64,000 nt of DNA, from NCBI RefSeq assembly GCF_965240435.1, contig NZ_CBDEKO010000003.1. One strand, given 5' to 3'. The notes below the pieces were generated by a model that was not told where the DNA came from, ran no database searches, and saw nothing but the letters and a program-made list of their open reading frames with translations. Positions 39,802 through 51,720 of this stretch are shown piece after piece. The DNA is from Moorena producens (lineage in GTDB: Bacteria > Cyanobacteriota > Cyanobacteriia > Cyanobacteriales > Coleofasciculaceae). Each line of letters begins with the position of its first letter. Within the stretch, counting starts at the first letter, position 1. A program made the translations under genes and the position numbers.

Positions 39802-40665
39802 ATGGGCATCCGTAGCTATCGACCATACACCCCAGGCACTCGTCAGGGTACTGTCTCAGACTTCGCTGAGATTACTCGGACTGAGCCAGAAAAATCCTTA
39901 ACCAAGTCTAAGCATCGTAAAAAAGGTCGCAATAATCGCGGTGTTATTACCTGTCGCCATCGCGGTGGCGGACATAAGCGTCTATACAGGGTAATTGACT
40001 TCCGCCGGGATAAGCACAATATTCCCGCAAAAGTGGCAGCAATTGAGTATGACCCTAATCGGAATGCTAGGATTGCTCTTCTCTACTATCAAGATGGGGA
40101 AAAGCGATATATCTTGCATCCTGTGGGTTTGGAAGTGGGGTCAAGCATCATATCTGGGCCTGACTCTCCCATCGAAATAGGCAATGCCTTGCCCCTAAAG
40201 GATATTCCCTTAGGCACCAACGTGCATAACGTTGAACTGATCCCAGGGCGAGGAGCACAGATTGTTCGTGCAGCCGGGGCAACTGCTCAAGTGCAAGCTA
40301 AAGAAGGTGACTATGTCACCCTAAAGCTGCCGTCTAGTGAAGTCAGGATGTTGCGTAAAGAATGCTACGCCACTATTGGACAGGTCGGTAATGTTGAAGC
40401 GAGAAACTTGAGTTTAGGTAAAGCTGGTCGCAATCGACATAGAGGCCGTCGTCCCCAAGTACGGGGCAGTGTAATGAACCCGGTAGATCACCCCCATGGC
40501 GGTGGTGAGGGTAGAGCTCCTATTGGTAGAAGTGGTCCAGTGACCCCCTGGGGTAAACCAGCCTTGGGAGCAAAAACTCGTAAGGTCAAAAAGCAAAGTA
40601 GTTCTTTAATTGTCCGGCGTAGGCGGAAATCCTCTAAGCGAGGGCGCGGCGGTCGCGATTCTTAA
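39802..40665 (+). CDS. rplB: 50S ribosomal protein L2
   Basis: [15 protein letters not shown]... with the conserved ..HPHGGGEG.. segment. Confidence 0.95.
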   Translation: MGIRSYRPYTPGTRQGTVSDFAEITRTEPEKSLTKSKHRKKGRNNRGVITCRHRGGGHKRLYRVIDFRRDKHNIPAKVAAIEYDPNRNARIALLYYQDGEKRYILHPVGLEVGSSIISGPDSPIEIGNALPLKDIPLGTNVHNVELIPGRGAQIVRAAGATAQVQAKEGDYVTLKLPSSEVRMLRKECYATIGQVGNVEARNLSLGKAGRNRHRGRRPQVRGSVMNPVDHPHGGGEGRAPIGRSGPVTPWGKPALGAKTRKVKKQSSSLIVRRRRKSSKRGRGGRDS

Positions 40666-40777
40666 GGAGTTGAACGTTAAAGTTAGCAGGTTAAACGTTG
40701 TAACTAGCAACTACTAACTACCAAAAACGCAACTATTAACTACCAACTAACAACTAAAAACTAACGAGCGTTGAATT

Positions 40778-41053
40778 ATGGGTCGTTCATTAAAAAAAGG
40801 TCCTTTTATAGCCGATAGTCTTCTGACTAAAATTGAAACCTTGAATGCTAAAGGCGAAAAACAGGTGATTAAAACCTGGTCAAGAGCCTCGACCATTGTG
40901 CCGCAGATGGTAGGTCACACCATTGCCGTGCATAACGGGCGGACACATGTACCAGTTTTTATCAATGAGCAGATGGTAGGTCATAAGCTGGGCGAATTTG
41001 CCCCGACTCGAACATTTCGGGGACATGTTAAGGATGGTAAGGCCCGTCGTTAA
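40778..41053 (+). CDS. rpsS: 30S ribosomal protein S19
   Basis: [16 protein letters not shown]...[28 protein letters not shown]. Confidence 0.95.
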   Translation: MGRSLKKGPFIADSLLTKIETLNAKGEKQVIKTWSRASTIVPQMVGHTIAVHNGRTHVPVFINEQMVGHKLGEFAPTRTFRGHVKDGKARR

Positions 41054-41103
41054 AGTGATTAGTTCAGTAGTTAGTAGCTATAAAGAAAGCAAATGATGGA
41101 ACG

Positions 41104-41463
41104 ATGGCCATAGACACTACAGCAGAAACTAAAGCGATCGCACGCTACATTCGGATGTCTCCAAGCAAGGTCAGGCGAGTACTTGACCAAATTCGGGGGC
41201 GTTCCTATCGGGAAGCTCTGATCATTCTGGAATTCATGCCCTACCGGGCTTGCCAACCAGTATTGAAAGTACTACGCTCCGCTGTTGCCAATGCTGAACA
41301 CAATTCAGGTATTGACCCGGCTAGCTTATACATCACTAAAGCTTTTGCGGATATGGGACCAAGCTTGAAGCGGTATCGACCAAGGGCTCAAGGTCGTGCT
41401 TATCAGATTCGCAAGCCAACCTGTCATATCACCGTGGCTGTTTCTCCAGAAGTAGATGATTAG
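41104..41463 (+). CDS. rplV: 50S ribosomal protein L22
   Basis: ..[33 protein letters not shown]. Confidence 0.9.
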   Translation: MAIDTTAETKAIARYIRMSPSKVRRVLDQIRGRSYREALIILEFMPYRACQPVLKVLRSAVANAEHNSGIDPASLYITKAFADMGPSLKRYRPRAQGRAYQIRKPTCHITVAVSPEVDD

Positions 41464-41539
41464 TTAGTGAGTTAATTGAGAATTACCAACGGCAAACACT
41501 AATAGCGCTATGCCTCGATAATAGGGAAAGAAAAGAACA

Positions 41540-42265
41540 GTGGGACAGAAAATACATCCAATTGGTTTTCGGCTAGGTATCACGCAAGAGCATCGCTCTC
41601 GCTGGTTTGCCGACTCAAAGCGTTATCCGCTTCTGTTGCAGGAAGACTACCAAATCAGACAATATGTTGAGAAAAACCTCAATAATGCTGGAATTTCCGA
41701 CATCCGGATTGAGCGCAAAGCTGACCAGATTGATTTAGAAATTCATACAGCTCGACCTGGGGTAGTTGTTGGTCGTGGTGGCAGTGGTATTGAGTCTTTG
41801 CGTGTCGGTCTGCAAAAAGCCCTGGGCAACAATCGTCAGATTCGCATCAATGTCGTAGAAGTATCACGGGTGGATGCAGATGCGACCCTAATTGCCGAGT
41901 ACATTGCCCAACAGCTAGAGCGCCGAGTTTCCTTCAGACGAGTGGTTCGTCAAGCAATTCAGCGGGCTCAGCGGGCTGATGTCCAAGGCATTAAAGTTCA
42001 GGTAGGTGGTCGGTTAAATGGAGCTGAAATTGCCCGAAGCGAGTGGACTCGTGAAGGACGAGTTCCCCTCCATACCCTCCGGGCAAATATTGATTATTCC
42101 TACAAAACGGCCCAAACCATTTATGGAATTTTGGGCATTAAAGTTTGGGTTTTCAAAGGGGAAGTGATTCCCGGTCAAGAAGAAAAGCCTGCCCCTAACA
42201 CAGCTCAACCTCGTCGCCGTCAGCCAAAACGCCGCCAGCAGTTTGAAGACCGGTCAAATGACTAG
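41540..42265 (+). CDS. rpsC: 30S ribosomal protein S3
   Basis: [23 protein letters not shown]...; KH and S3-C domains. GTG start. Confidence 0.95.
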   Translation: MGQKIHPIGFRLGITQEHRSRWFADSKRYPLLLQEDYQIRQYVEKNLNNAGISDIRIERKADQIDLEIHTARPGVVVGRGGSGIESLRVGLQKALGNNRQIRINVVEVSRVDADATLIAEYIAQQLERRVSFRRVVRQAIQRAQRADVQGIKVQVGGRLNGAEIARSEWTREGRVPLHTLRANIDYSYKTAQTIYGILGIKVWVFKGEVIPGQEEKPAPNTAQPRRRQPKRRQQFEDRSND

Positions 42266-42354
42266 TCATTAGTAACTAGTCATTTTAAAATTGCTTGCTT
42301 GTTAATTGTCAGTTTTCAAGTTTCGATTTTCAATTAACAAAGAACAAATTAATT

Positions 42355-42774
42355 ATGTTAAGTCCAAAAAGAACAAAATATCGCAAACAGCACCGGGGAC
42401 GAATGAAAGGTATGGCCACTCGTGGCAGTACCATTAACTTTGGTGATTATGCGCTGCAAGCCACAGAACCAGCTTGGATTACCTCCCGCCAAATCGAAGC
42501 AGGTCGTCGGGCAATGACGCGCTACGTTCGTCGTGGTGGCAAAATCTGGATTCGAATTTTCCCAGATAAACCAGTCACCATGCGTCCAGCAGAAACTCGT
42601 ATGGGTTCTGGAAAAGGTTCCCCAGAGTTTTGGGTAGCAGTAGTTAAACCCGGTCGGATTATCTATGAAATCGCTGGGGTAAGCGAAGAGGTTGCTCGCG
42701 AAGCCATGCGTCTGGCTGCTAACAAATTTCCCATTAAATTGAAGTTCATTTCTCGTGAAGGGGAACAGGTATAA
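42355..42774 (+). CDS. rplP: 50S ribosomal protein L16
   Basis: [25 protein letters not shown] at 42355; the track's start at 42295 is over-extended. Confidence 0.9.
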   Translation: MLSPKRTKYRKQHRGRMKGMATRGSTINFGDYALQATEPAWITSRQIEAGRRAMTRYVRRGGKIWIRIFPDKPVTMRPAETRMGSGKGSPEFWVAVVKPGRIIYEIAGVSEEVAREAMRLAANKFPIKLKFISREGEQV

Positions 42775-42777
42775 GCT

Positions 42778-43062
42778 ATGGCTCTGCCCAAGATAGAAGA
42801 TGCTAGAAGTCTGAGCGATGCCGAACTAGAGCAGGAAATTTTAGCAGCTAAGCGTCAGTTGTTTGACTTGCGCCTGCAAAAGGCAACCAAACGCTTAGAA
42901 AAACCTCACCAGTTTAAGCATCTTAAGCACCGAATCGCTCAGCTAATGACAGTAGAACGAGAACGCCAACTCGCTAAACAGAAAGAATCAACAGATACCT
43001 CACAAAGTGATACCCCGCAATCAGAACAAAGTGATACCCCACAATCAGAATCAGACGAATAG
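42778..43062 (+). CDS. rpmC: 50S ribosomal protein L29 with low-complexity C-terminal extension
   Basis: The N-terminal 65 aa are typical L29 ([26 protein letters not shown]). It is followed by the tail [26 protein letters not shown], encoded by a direct DNA repeat. Confidence 0.85.
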   Translation: MALPKIEDARSLSDAELEQEILAAKRQLFDLRLQKATKRLEKPHQFKHLKHRIAQLMTVERERQLAKQKESTDTSQSDTPQSEQSDTPQSESDE

Positions 43063-43070
43063 TAAATAGT

Positions 43071-43319
43071 ATGTCAGCAAAAGAGAGAGTTGGCCTGGTG
43101 GTCAGCGACAAAATGGACAAAACTGTGGTGGTGGCTATTGAAAATAGGTCTCCCCACCCAAAGTACGGCAAAATTGTTGTGCGTACCAAGCGATACAAAG
43201 CTCATGATGAGGAAAATAAATGTAAAGAAGGCGATCGCGTTCGGATTAGAGAAACACGACCACTGAGTCGTACCAAACGCTGGATGGTTGCTGAAATCGT
43301 CAGTAGTTCCTCAAAATAG
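43071..43319 (+). CDS. rpsQ: 30S ribosomal protein S17
   Basis: ..[17 protein letters not shown]...[29 protein letters not shown]. Confidence 0.9.
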   Translation: MSAKERVGLVVSDKMDKTVVVAIENRSPHPKYGKIVVRTKRYKAHDEENKCKEGDRVRIRETRPLSRTKRWMVAEIVSSSSK

Positions 43320-43471
43320 CGAGTTAACCCTAGTCGATGTGGGTTCTCCACGACCTACAAATGTGCGTGAGATCTCGGAAGAAAATCCTTTCGGACTTGG
43401 AAACAAACCCAAGGTTTAACTCATAACTCGTTTAACTCATAACTGATTACTCTATTAGAGGAGGAACACTG

Positions 43472-43840
43472 ATGATTCAACAAGAGAGCTACCTAAACGT
43501 TGCTGACAACAGTGGAGCCAGAAAAATCATGTGCATCCGCGTTATTGGTGCAGGAAATCGGCGCTACGGTGGTGTGGGTGATGTAATTATTGGTGTGGTC
43601 AAGGATGCCATTCCAAATATGGGGGTCAAAAAGTCAGATGTAGTTAGGGCTGTGATTGTGCGCACCCGCAAGGGGCTACGTCGGGAAAGCGGTATGAGTA
43701 TTCGCTTTGATGACAACGCAGCAGTAATCATAAACGCAGATGGCAATCCCAGAGGTACCCGCGTTTTTGGCCCTGTAGCCCGGGAACTGCGAGAGAAAAA
43801 CTTCACAAAAATTATATCCCTTGCTCCGGAGGTACTCTGA
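43472..43840 (+). CDS. rplN: 50S ribosomal protein L14
   Basis: [24 protein letters not shown]... Confidence 0.95.
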   Translation: MIQQESYLNVADNSGARKIMCIRVIGAGNRRYGGVGDVIIGVVKDAIPNMGVKKSDVVRAVIVRTRKGLRRESGMSIRFDDNAAVIINADGNPRGTRVFGPVARELREKNFTKIISLAPEVL

Positions 43841-44202
43841 TGCCAAGTAAACACAAGAAGGCACAAACTGATACCCCATTACGCTACAAAATGCACGTTA
43901 AAAAAGGCGACACGGTACAAGTGATTGCCGGTCGAGATAAAGGCAAAATTGGAGAAATTTTGCGGACGCTACCCAAAATTAGCAAGGTAGTAGTCAAAGG
44001 AGTTAACGTCAAAACTAAGCATGTCAAGCCTCAACAGGAAGGTGAGAAAGGTCAAATTGCTACGTTTGAAGCTCCAATCCATAGCTCCAACGTTATGCTT
44101 TACTCGAATAAAGAAAAAATTGCTAGCCGCATCTGCTATACCTTTACCGACGATGGTCGTAAGGTGCGGATGCTCAAAAAGACTGGTGAGATTATTGACT
44201 AA
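43840..44202 (+). CDS. rplX: 50S ribosomal protein L24
   Basis: ..[24 protein letters not shown]... The ATGA overlaps the rplN stop. Confidence 0.85.
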   Translation: MPSKHKKAQTDTPLRYKMHVKKGDTVQVIAGRDKGKIGEILRTLPKISKVVVKGVNVKTKHVKPQQEGEKGQIATFEAPIHSSNVMLYSNKEKIASRICYTFTDDGRKVRMLKKTGEIID

Positions 44203-44358
44203 TTAGTCCCTAGTCCTTAATCCTTAGTCCTCAGTAGTCAAAAAAGTAACAAAAAAATTACTCTTGGCAGTTACTAATGGCTAATGGTCAATGACCAATG
44301 ACTAATAACTAATCACAATTGCCCTGACCAAGCCCAGGGAAATCAAAGGAAAAAAACT

Positions 44359-44904
44359 ATGACAAAAGGGTTAAAAATCCTATACCAGGAAACAATAGTC
44401 CCCAAATTAAAAGAGCAATTCGGTTACAAAAACATTCATCAAGTACCGAAATTAGTCAAAGTTAGTCTTAACCGAGGATTAGGAGAGGCATCTCAAAATG
44501 CCAAGGCTCTGGAATCGTCGGTAAGCGAAATTGCCATTATCACCGGTCAAAAACCGGTGGTCACACGAGCAAAACAAGCGATCGCGGGTTTTAAAATCCG
44601 TGCCGGGATGCCTGTTGGTGTGACGGTTACCCTCCGTTCAGAGCGTATGTACTCCTTTCTAGAGCGGCTAATTAACTTAGCCCTGCCAAGAATTCGGGAC
44701 TTTCGGGGTCTTAGCCCGAGAAGCTTTGACGGTCGTGGTAACTACACTCTTGGGGTGCGAGAGCAACTCATTTTTCCAGAAGTAGACTACGACAGTATCG
44801 ATCAGATTCGTGGTATGGATATTACCATAGTCACCACTGCCAACACTGACGAAGAAGGTCGCGCCTTACTCAAAGAGATGGGAATGCCTTTCCGGGATAA
44901 ATAA
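44359..44904 (+). CDS. rplE: 50S ribosomal protein L5
   Basis: ..[28 protein letters not shown]... Confidence 0.95.
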   Translation: MTKGLKILYQETIVPKLKEQFGYKNIHQVPKLVKVSLNRGLGEASQNAKALESSVSEIAIITGQKPVVTRAKQAIAGFKIRAGMPVGVTVTLRSERMYSFLERLINLALPRIRDFRGLSPRSFDGRGNYTLGVREQLIFPEVDYDSIDQIRGMDITIVTTANTDEEGRALLKEMGMPFRDK

Positions 44905-44927
44905 GCCTGTAATCATAGGAAGGAACA

Positions 44928-45329
44928 ATGCCGGCAAACGACACAATTGCAGATATGCTGACCCGCATTAGAAATGCCTGCTTGGTTCGGCATCAAACAA
45001 CAAATGTACAATCAACTAAAATGACCCGGGCGATTGCCCAAGTACTCAAAGAAGAAGGCTTTATTACTGATTTTGAGGAAGCAGGCGAAGGGGTCAAAAA
45101 ATACTTAGTTGTTTCCCTAAAATACAAGGGCAACAATCGCAAACCAATTATCAGATCCCTGAAGCGGGTGAGTAAACCTGGATTGCGAGTTTACTCCAAC
45201 CGTAAAGAACTGCCAAGAGTCTTGGGAGGGATTGGGATTGCTATTATCTCTACTTCTAATGGCATCATGACCGACCGGGAAGCAAGGCGTCGGGGAATTG
45301 GTGGTGAAGTTCTGTGTTACGTATGGTAA
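44928..45329 (+). CDS. rpsH: 30S ribosomal protein S8
   Basis: ..[13 protein letters not shown].... Confidence 0.95.
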   Translation: MPANDTIADMLTRIRNACLVRHQTTNVQSTKMTRAIAQVLKEEGFITDFEEAGEGVKKYLVVSLKYKGNNRKPIIRSLKRVSKPGLRVYSNRKELPRVLGGIGIAIISTSNGIMTDREARRRGIGGEVLCYVW

Positions 45330-45591
45330 AGGATGAAGCATGAAGGATGAAGGATCTACTAAGAGCCGTCAGCTGACTCGCTGCTTAAAAATCTAGGCTT
45401 GGCAGCTATCAGCTGAAAGCCCCTGTAGATTAGAGCATCAGTTCGATCAATAATCAGCTAAGTATATGCCAAACGGTCCGATAACAACCTAGGATTGATC
45501 GGATTAGCTGATTAACCAATTCATGACATAGTTCATAGTTCATACTTCATACCTTTATATTTCATACTTCTTTAGTTAGGAGGATAATTTT

Positions 45592-46131
45592 ATGTCACGT
45601 ATTGGCAAGCGCCCTATACCAATTCCCAGTAAAGTTACTGTAACAATAGACGGTCAACAGGTGAAGGTCAAAGGTTCCAAAGGTGAACTGGATTGGGTTT
45701 TGCCAGATACAATTAAAGCTGAGCAAGTTGGTGAAACTGTAGAGGTTTCCCGGCGCGAAGAAACCCGAACCGCCCGTGAAAGTCATGGTTTGTCTCGCAC
45801 TCTGGTGGCCAACATGATTGAGGGAGTCTCCAAAGGCTTTGAAAAACGTTTGGACATTCAGGGAGTCGGTTATCGGGCTCAAGTCAAAGGTCGAAATCTA
45901 ATTTTAAACGTTGGTTACAGCCAGCCAGTGGAGATCGTTCCTCCTGAGGGGATTGAAGTTAAAGTTGAAAACAACACCAACGTCATTGTGAGTGGCATCA
46001 ACAAAGAAGTTGTAGGCAACACAGCTGCAAAAATTCGTGCAGTTCGACCCCCAGAAGTCTATAAAGGTAAAGGCATTCGATATGCCGGTGAAATAGTCAG
46101 ACGTAAAGCTGGTAAAGCAGGTAAGAAGTAA
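45592..46131 (+). CDS. rplF: 50S ribosomal protein L6
   Basis: [32 protein letters not shown]. Confidence 0.95.
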   Translation: MSRIGKRPIPIPSKVTVTIDGQQVKVKGSKGELDWVLPDTIKAEQVGETVEVSRREETRTARESHGLSRTLVANMIEGVSKGFEKRLDIQGVGYRAQVKGRNLILNVGYSQPVEIVPPEGIEVKVENNTNVIVSGINKEVVGNTAAKIRAVRPPEVYKGKGIRYAGEIVRRKAGKAGKK

Positions 46132-46134
46132 ACT

Positions 46135-46497
46135 ATGAAACTTACTCGAAAAGAATCTATACGACACAGACATAGGCGGGTACGCCGGAAAGTCAGTGGT
46201 ACTGCTGAACGCCCAAGATTAGCTGTATTTCGCTCTAATGAGCACATTTATGTGCAAGTTATCGATGACAATCAGCAACATACCATAGTGGCAGCTTCAA
46301 CGTTAGAACCAGCTCTGAGATCTGAACTCAAATCTGGAGCAACCTGTGAAGCCTCAGCTAAAGTGGGTCAGTTGGTTGCCCAACGAGCACTAGAAAAAGG
46401 TCTCAAGAAAGTGGTCTTTGACCGTGGGGGCTACCTATATCATGGTCGTGTCAAAGCTTTAGCAGAAGCTGCTCGTGAAGCCGGGCTGGATTTTTAG
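46135..46497 (+). CDS. rplR: 50S ribosomal protein L18
   Basis: ..[32 protein letters not shown]... Confidence 0.95.
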   Translation: MKLTRKESIRHRHRRVRRKVSGTAERPRLAVFRSNEHIYVQVIDDNQQHTIVAASTLEPALRSELKSGATCEASAKVGQLVAQRALEKGLKKVVFDRGGYLYHGRVKALAEAAREAGLDF

Positions 46498-46619
46498 TAA
46501 CTGCTAATTAAAAGTTGACAACTGACAATTGCAATTATGCAATTAGCAATTAAAAATTAGCAACGATAAATCAGCTAATTTTTGATTACTTACTATCATG
46601 ATTTAATCTATAGCGAACT

Positions 46620-47141
46620 ATGGCAAATCGTAGAAAAAGCAACCGCTCTAAAGAAAAAGAAAGTAATTGGCAAGAGCGGGTTATCCAAATCCGCCGCGTT
46701 AGTAAGGTGGTCAAAGGGGGTAAAAAATTGAGCTTCCGCGCCATCGTAGTTGTAGGTAATGAAAAAGGTCAGGTGGGGGTTGGTGTAGGCAAAGCCAGTG
46801 ATGTAATTGGTGCTGTCCGTAAAGGGGTTGCTGATGCCAAAAAGCAACTCATTGATGTACCCTTAACCAAAACTAATTCCATTCCTCACCCATCTGGAGG
46901 TAGGGCTGTGGGAGCCAAAGTGATCATGCGACCTGCTGCTCCCGGAACTGGTGTGATTGCTGGTGGTGCTGTGCGCACAGTACTTGAGTTAGCTGGAGTT
47001 AAAAATGTCTTAGCTAAACAGCTTGGTTCCAATAACCCCCTCAATAATGCTAGAGCAGCAATCAACTCTCTTGATTCCCTGCGCACATTTTCAGAGGTTG
47101 CTCAAGAACGGGACATTCCCCTTGAACAAATCTATGCATAG
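46620..47141 (+). CDS. rpsE: 30S ribosomal protein S5
   Basis: ..[39 protein letters not shown]. Confidence 0.95.
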   Translation: MANRRKSNRSKEKESNWQERVIQIRRVSKVVKGGKKLSFRAIVVVGNEKGQVGVGVGKASDVIGAVRKGVADAKKQLIDVPLTKTNSIPHPSGGRAVGAKVIMRPAAPGTGVIAGGAVRTVLELAGVKNVLAKQLGSNNPLNNARAAINSLDSLRTFSEVAQERDIPLEQIYA

Positions 47142-47245
47142 ATTAAAAACCAGCTAGGTAGAAATAAAAGTAATAGGCTCAAGGTTGACGGTTTAGCGTC
47201 AGCCGTCAATCAGAGAAAAAAACATTTTTATCCTTACAAAAAACG

Positions 47246-47695
47246 ATGAGAATCAATGATGCAGTCCCCAAACAAGGCTCTAAAAAGCGCCGACGCCGTG
47301 TAGGTCGTGGCATTGCTGCTGGTCAAGGGGCTAGCTGCGGTTTTGGAATGCGTGGTCAAAAATCCCGTTCAGGTCGAGGGACAAGACCTGGTTTTGAAGG
47401 GGGTCAGATGCCCTTATATCGCCGTATACCCAAGTTAAAACACTTTACGGTCATTAACCCCAAACATTACACTACAATCAACGTAGGTAAGTTGGCATCA
47501 CTTCCCGCCAATACTGAGGTAACTTTGGAATCCTTGTTGGAGACAGGTTTAGTCACCACCAATGATGGTCCATTGAAACTACTCGGTGATGGCGATCTGA
47601 ATGTGCCACTCAATATAAAAGCTGCTGCCTTTACAAGTGGTGCCCGCCAAAAAATCGAGGCGGCTGGTGGCAGCTGGGAAGTTATAGCTAAGTAA
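47246..47695 (+). CDS. rplO: 50S ribosomal protein L15
   Basis: ..[46 protein letters not shown]. Confidence 0.95.
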   Translation: MRINDAVPKQGSKKRRRRVGRGIAAGQGASCGFGMRGQKSRSGRGTRPGFEGGQMPLYRRIPKLKHFTVINPKHYTTINVGKLASLPANTEVTLESLLETGLVTTNDGPLKLLGDGDLNVPLNIKAAAFTSGARQKIEAAGGSWEVIAK

Positions 47696-47739
47696 CCCCT
47701 TTAGCCCTTATGCTCCTGTATCTTCAAGAGGTACCTTAA

Positions 47740-49080
47740 ATGACAGTCAGTCGAGACAAAGCCCCAACTGCTCAAGAGACGTTTATGCAAATGGCTCAAG
47801 CGGCTGGCCTTAGAGGTCGGCTGCTTGTCACCGTTGGTTTGTTAATTTTAGCCCGCTTGGGTGTCTTTCTTCCTGTACCAGGAATTGATCGAGCCAGATT
47901 TTCAGCAGAACTCCAGAATAGCCCGTTTGTCGGTCTTTTGGACTTTTTCTCTGGTGGTGGTTTTTCCGCCCTAGGGATTTTTGCCTTGGGAATTTTGCCT
48001 TATATTAATGCTTCGATTATCCTACAACTGCTAACGGCAGCAATTCCTTCTTTAGAAAATTTGCAGAAAAATGAAGGTGAAGCAGGGCGTCGAAAAATCG
48101 GTCAGATTACCCGTTATGTTGCCCTAGGCTGGTCTGTGATTCAAAGTATTGGCTTATCGTTGTGGGCACAGCGGTTTGCTGTTGAACCAGGCCCATTCTT
48201 CGTGTTTGAAACTGTCCTTGCCCTCACGGCTGGCTCTATGTTCGTGATGTGGCTATCAGAGTTAATTACCGAACGAGGCATTGGCAACGGAGCGTCACTG
48301 TTGATTTTTGTCAATATTGTTGCTGTTTTGCCCCGCACCTTGGGTCAAACCATTGAACTGGCTCAGACCGGCGGTCGAGAAACGGTGGGTAAGGTAATTG
48401 TGCTGCTGTTAGTTTTCCTAGTCATGATTGTCGGTATTGTCTTTGTGCAAGAAGGAAGCCGACGAATTCCGATTATTACTGCCAGACGTCAAGTTGGTAA
48501 GCGCCTTTACCGGGAGCGGAAAAATTATTTGCCCCTAAGGCTAAACCAAGGTGGCGTAATGCCAATTATCTTTGCCTCAGCCGTCTTAATCCTACCCACA
48601 TCCCTAGCTGGGATAACTAGTGGCGATAATAGCAATGGATTTTTAGGCTCAATCAATCAAGTCCTAATCCAGATTGCCAATTATCTCAACCCCAATGGTC
48701 AAACTCCTTGGGTCTATGTTGCTGTCTATTTAGTCTTGATTTTGTTCTTTAGCTACTTCTACGCCTCCCTGATTATAAACCCAGTAGATATGTCCCAGAA
48801 TTTGAAGAAAATGGGGGCGAGTATCCCTGGTATTCGACCAGGAAGGGCTACGAGTGAATATATAGAGAGAGTTTTGAACCGACTGACCTTATTAGGAGCA
48901 ATTTTCCTAGGACTGGTAGCTGTAGTACCAACTGCAGTCGAAAGCGCCACTGGTGTAACCACATTTAGGGGATTAGGTGCCACATCGTTGCTGATTTTGG
49001 TGGGGGTTGCCATCGACACAGCCAAGCAAATTCAAACCTACGTGATTTCCCAGCGTTACGAAGGTATGGTCAAGCAGTAA
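47740..49080 (+). CDS. secY: Preprotein translocase subunit SecY
   Basis: 446 aa, 10 TM helices, with the conserved ..GIFALGI.PYI.ASII.QLL.. segment. Confidence 0.95.
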   Translation: MTVSRDKAPTAQETFMQMAQAAGLRGRLLVTVGLLILARLGVFLPVPGIDRARFSAELQNSPFVGLLDFFSGGGFSALGIFALGILPYINASIILQLLTAAIPSLENLQKNEGEAGRRKIGQITRYVALGWSVIQSIGLSLWAQRFAVEPGPFFVFETVLALTAGSMFVMWLSELITERGIGNGASLLIFVNIVAVLPRTLGQTIELAQTGGRETVGKVIVLLLVFLVMIVGIVFVQEGSRRIPIITARRQVGKRLYRERKNYLPLRLNQGGVMPIIFASAVLILPTSLAGITSGDNSNGFLGSINQVLIQIANYLNPNGQTPWVYVAVYLVLILFFSYFYASLIINPVDMSQNLKKMGASIPGIRPGRATSEYIERVLNRLTLLGAIFLGLVAVVPTAVESATGVTTFRGLGATSLLILVGVAIDTAKQIQTYVISQRYEGMVKQ

Positions 49081-49207
49081 AGCGATTATTGGGCAATGGG
49101 CGCAGCAGCTTTTTTAGGTGGATGAGCCTCAAATTTTCGGGTCAGTTGGTTGTTGTTCATTGCCTAGGACAAAAACCAACTGACACATCACCCATGACAC
49201 ATGACAC

Positions 49208-49771
49208 ATGAAAAGATTAATCTTTTTAGGACCTCCAGGAGCAGGTAAAGGAACTCAAGCCAAAATTGTGGCTGAACAACTAGGGATTCCTCACATTTCC
49301 ACCGGGGAAATTTTGCGAGGGGCTGTTAGTGCTCAAACCCTCCTGGGTCAAAAAGCTCAGTCCTATATGGATAAAGGAGAATTGGTGCCTGACGAGTTGC
49401 TCATAGATCTAATCCGCGATCGCCTAAATCAACCCGATGCTCAAAAAGGTTGGATTTTAGACGGTTTTCCCCGTAACGTCAGCCAAGCCCATTTCTTGAA
49501 TGACCTGTTGCAGGAGCTTGACCAAACTTTTGATGGTGCCATCAACCTGGAAGTTCCAGATCAGGTTTTGATCGACAGACTATTGGAAAGGGGTCGTAAG
49601 GAGGGACGTACAGATGATAATGAGGAAACTATCCGCACACGTCTTGAGGTCTATAACCTTCAAACAGCTCCTTTGGTGAAGTTTTACCAAGAACACTCCG
49701 CTTTAAAATCTATTAATGGTGATCTCTCCTTAGAGGAAGTCACCGAATCGATTAAACAGGTTCTAGGGTAA
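49208..49771 (+). CDS. adk: Adenylate kinase
   Basis: P-loop [14 protein letters not shown]-less short form of 187 aa. Confidence 0.95.
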   Translation: MKRLIFLGPPGAGKGTQAKIVAEQLGIPHISTGEILRGAVSAQTLLGQKAQSYMDKGELVPDELLIDLIRDRLNQPDAQKGWILDGFPRNVSQAHFLNDLLQELDQTFDGAINLEVPDQVLIDRLLERGRKEGRTDDNEETIRTRLEVYNLQTAPLVKFYQEHSALKSINGDLSLEEVTESIKQVLG

Positions 49772-50093
49772 TGATTTTAGGGTAAGCCCGTGCCGAAAGT
49801 CGGAAACCCCCTGCGTCCGGCAGGTCAGCCATGATCTGACCCTATTGTAGCTAATACCATTAGCCTAATACGACTAATTTAGACTAATGGTTATTCTAAT
49901 GCTTCGACCGGTGTAACCTATGCTTTGAGCTAGCCCACGGGAAAAATGCTTCCCTGACCCCGCTACTCCAAAGTTGGTGGAAAAGTATTTTAGTTGGTAT
50001 AATTTTGGATTTGATAAAATATGTTAAGACTCCCTGAATTAAATAATCAAAATTTAGAACATAGGGGGATAGTTGTATTGAGGTTAAAAAACG

Positions 50094-50318
50094 TTGGCTA
50101 AACAAGACTTAATTGAAATGGAAGGCACGGTGACTGAATCCCTGCCGAATGCCATGTTTAGGGTTGACTTGGACAATGGCTTTAATGTCCTAGCTCATAT
50201 TTCCGGTAAAATCCGTCGGAATTACATCAAAATTCTGCCTGGAGACCGGGTCAAAGTTGAACTAACCCCCTACGATTTAACCAAAGGCAGGATTACCTAC
50301 CGCCTGCGTAAGAAGTAA
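50094..50318 (+). CDS. infA: Translation initiation factor IF-1
   Basis: [66 protein letters not shown]. Apparent TTG start. Confidence 0.9.
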   Translation: MAKQDLIEMEGTVTESLPNAMFRVDLDNGFNVLAHISGKIRRNYIKILPGDRVKVELTPYDLTKGRITYRLRKK

Positions 50319-50420
50319 AACTAGCAGCGACTTCTGTTTTATTAAAAATAAGTTAAATTTGACAAGTCAACCTAAAAAAAGATATAATAACCAACTGCAT
50401 TATGTCCAGAAAAAAAAGAG

Positions 50421-50534
50421 ATGAAAGTTAGACCATCTGTCCGAAAAATGTGTGAGAAGTGCCGCGTAATTAAACGCCACGGTAGAGTTATGGTAATTTG
50501 CCCCAATCCCAAGCACAAACAGCGTCAGGGATAA
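50421..50534 (+). CDS. rpmJ: 50S ribosomal protein L36
   Basis: Not in the ORF track (37 aa). [37 protein letters not shown], translated by hand. Confidence 0.9.
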   Translation: MKVRPSVRKMCEKCRVIKRHGRVMVICPNPKHKQRQG

Positions 50535-50605
50535 ATCTCACATCCATACACTTAATCCATACATTTAATTTGTAGCACAAAACTTCAGTCAAGGGAGAAG
50601 CAAGC

Positions 50606-50989
50606 GTGGCTCGGATTGCCAGTGTAGACCTACCTCGCGATAAACGTGTAGAAATAGGTCTGACCTACATTTATGGAATCGGTCTGTCGCGGTCTAAAGA
50701 CATTTTAGCAGCAACAGGAGTTAACCCGGATACGAGGGTTAAGGATTTGACCGATGCGGAGGTGGCTGCCCTCAGAGCAGCTGTCGAAAAAAATTATCAG
50801 GTGGAAGGGGATTTAAGGCGCTGGCAGTCAATGAACATCAAGCGCCTAGTAGATATTGGTACCTATCGCGGACGTCGTCATCGCATGGGACTACCCGTGA
50901 GAGGACAGCGAACCCGCACTAATGCCCGTACCCGTCGCGGTAGACGAGTGACTATCGCTGGAAAGAAAAAAGCACCGGCTAAGAAGTAA
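50606..50989 (+). CDS. rpsM: 30S ribosomal protein S13
   Basis: [25 protein letters not shown]... GTG start. Confidence 0.95.
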   Translation: MARIASVDLPRDKRVEIGLTYIYGIGLSRSKDILAATGVNPDTRVKDLTDAEVAALRAAVEKNYQVEGDLRRWQSMNIKRLVDIGTYRGRRHRMGLPVRGQRTRTNARTRRGRRVTIAGKKKAPAKK

Positions 50990-51175
50990 TAGCTCTAGTC
51001 AGCCCAACTATCCACCCCAGGTTTTTGGTCATTGGTCATTCGTCAAAAGTAACTGCCAGGAGACCTTCTGTTAGTCACTTTGGACAAAAGACTTTCGACA
51101 AAAGACTTTCGACAAAATTGTTCAGGTTACTCAACCCCAAGATAATCAATCACCTATAGAGTAAAGTCAAGTGAC

Positions 51176-51568
51176 ATGGCGCGACCAACTAAAAAAGGTG
51201 GTACAAAAAAGCAGAAACGCAATGTACCCAATGGAATAGCATATATCCAGTCTACGTTCAATAATACTATCGTCACCATTTCTGACACCAAAGGGGATGT
51301 AGTCTCTTGGGCTTCAGCTGGCTCTAGTGGATTTAAGGGGGCAAAAAAAGGAACTCCCTTCGCTGCTCAGACCGCTGCTGACAGTGCTGCCCGACGAGCC
51401 ATAGACCAAGGTATGCGTCAGGTGGAAGTGATGGTGAGTGGACCAGGAGCAGGTCGAGAAACCGCTATTCGGGCCCTGCAAGGAGCCGGACTGGAAATCA
51501 CCCTAATCAGGGATGTAACTCCAATTCCTCATAACGGCTGCCGTCCACCCAAACGGCGTCGAGTATAA
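51176..51568 (+). CDS. rpsK: 30S ribosomal protein S11
   Basis: ..[43 protein letters not shown]. Confidence 0.95.
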   Translation: MARPTKKGGTKKQKRNVPNGIAYIQSTFNNTIVTISDTKGDVVSWASAGSSGFKGAKKGTPFAAQTAADSAARRAIDQGMRQVEVMVSGPGAGRETAIRALQGAGLEITLIRDVTPIPHNGCRPPKRRRV

Positions 51569-51720
51569 GAGTATATTTTTTGCGACCGTTAGGTTGAAAG
51601 GAAAGTAGCTTGAAAGGAGGAGGTTGATAAGAAACTTCTTACCCTTTTTACCCTTTGGCTTACTATCCCTTCAACCTGTATTCGGTTAAAGGGGTCTTAT
51701 GAATAGAGGGAGGTCACTCT

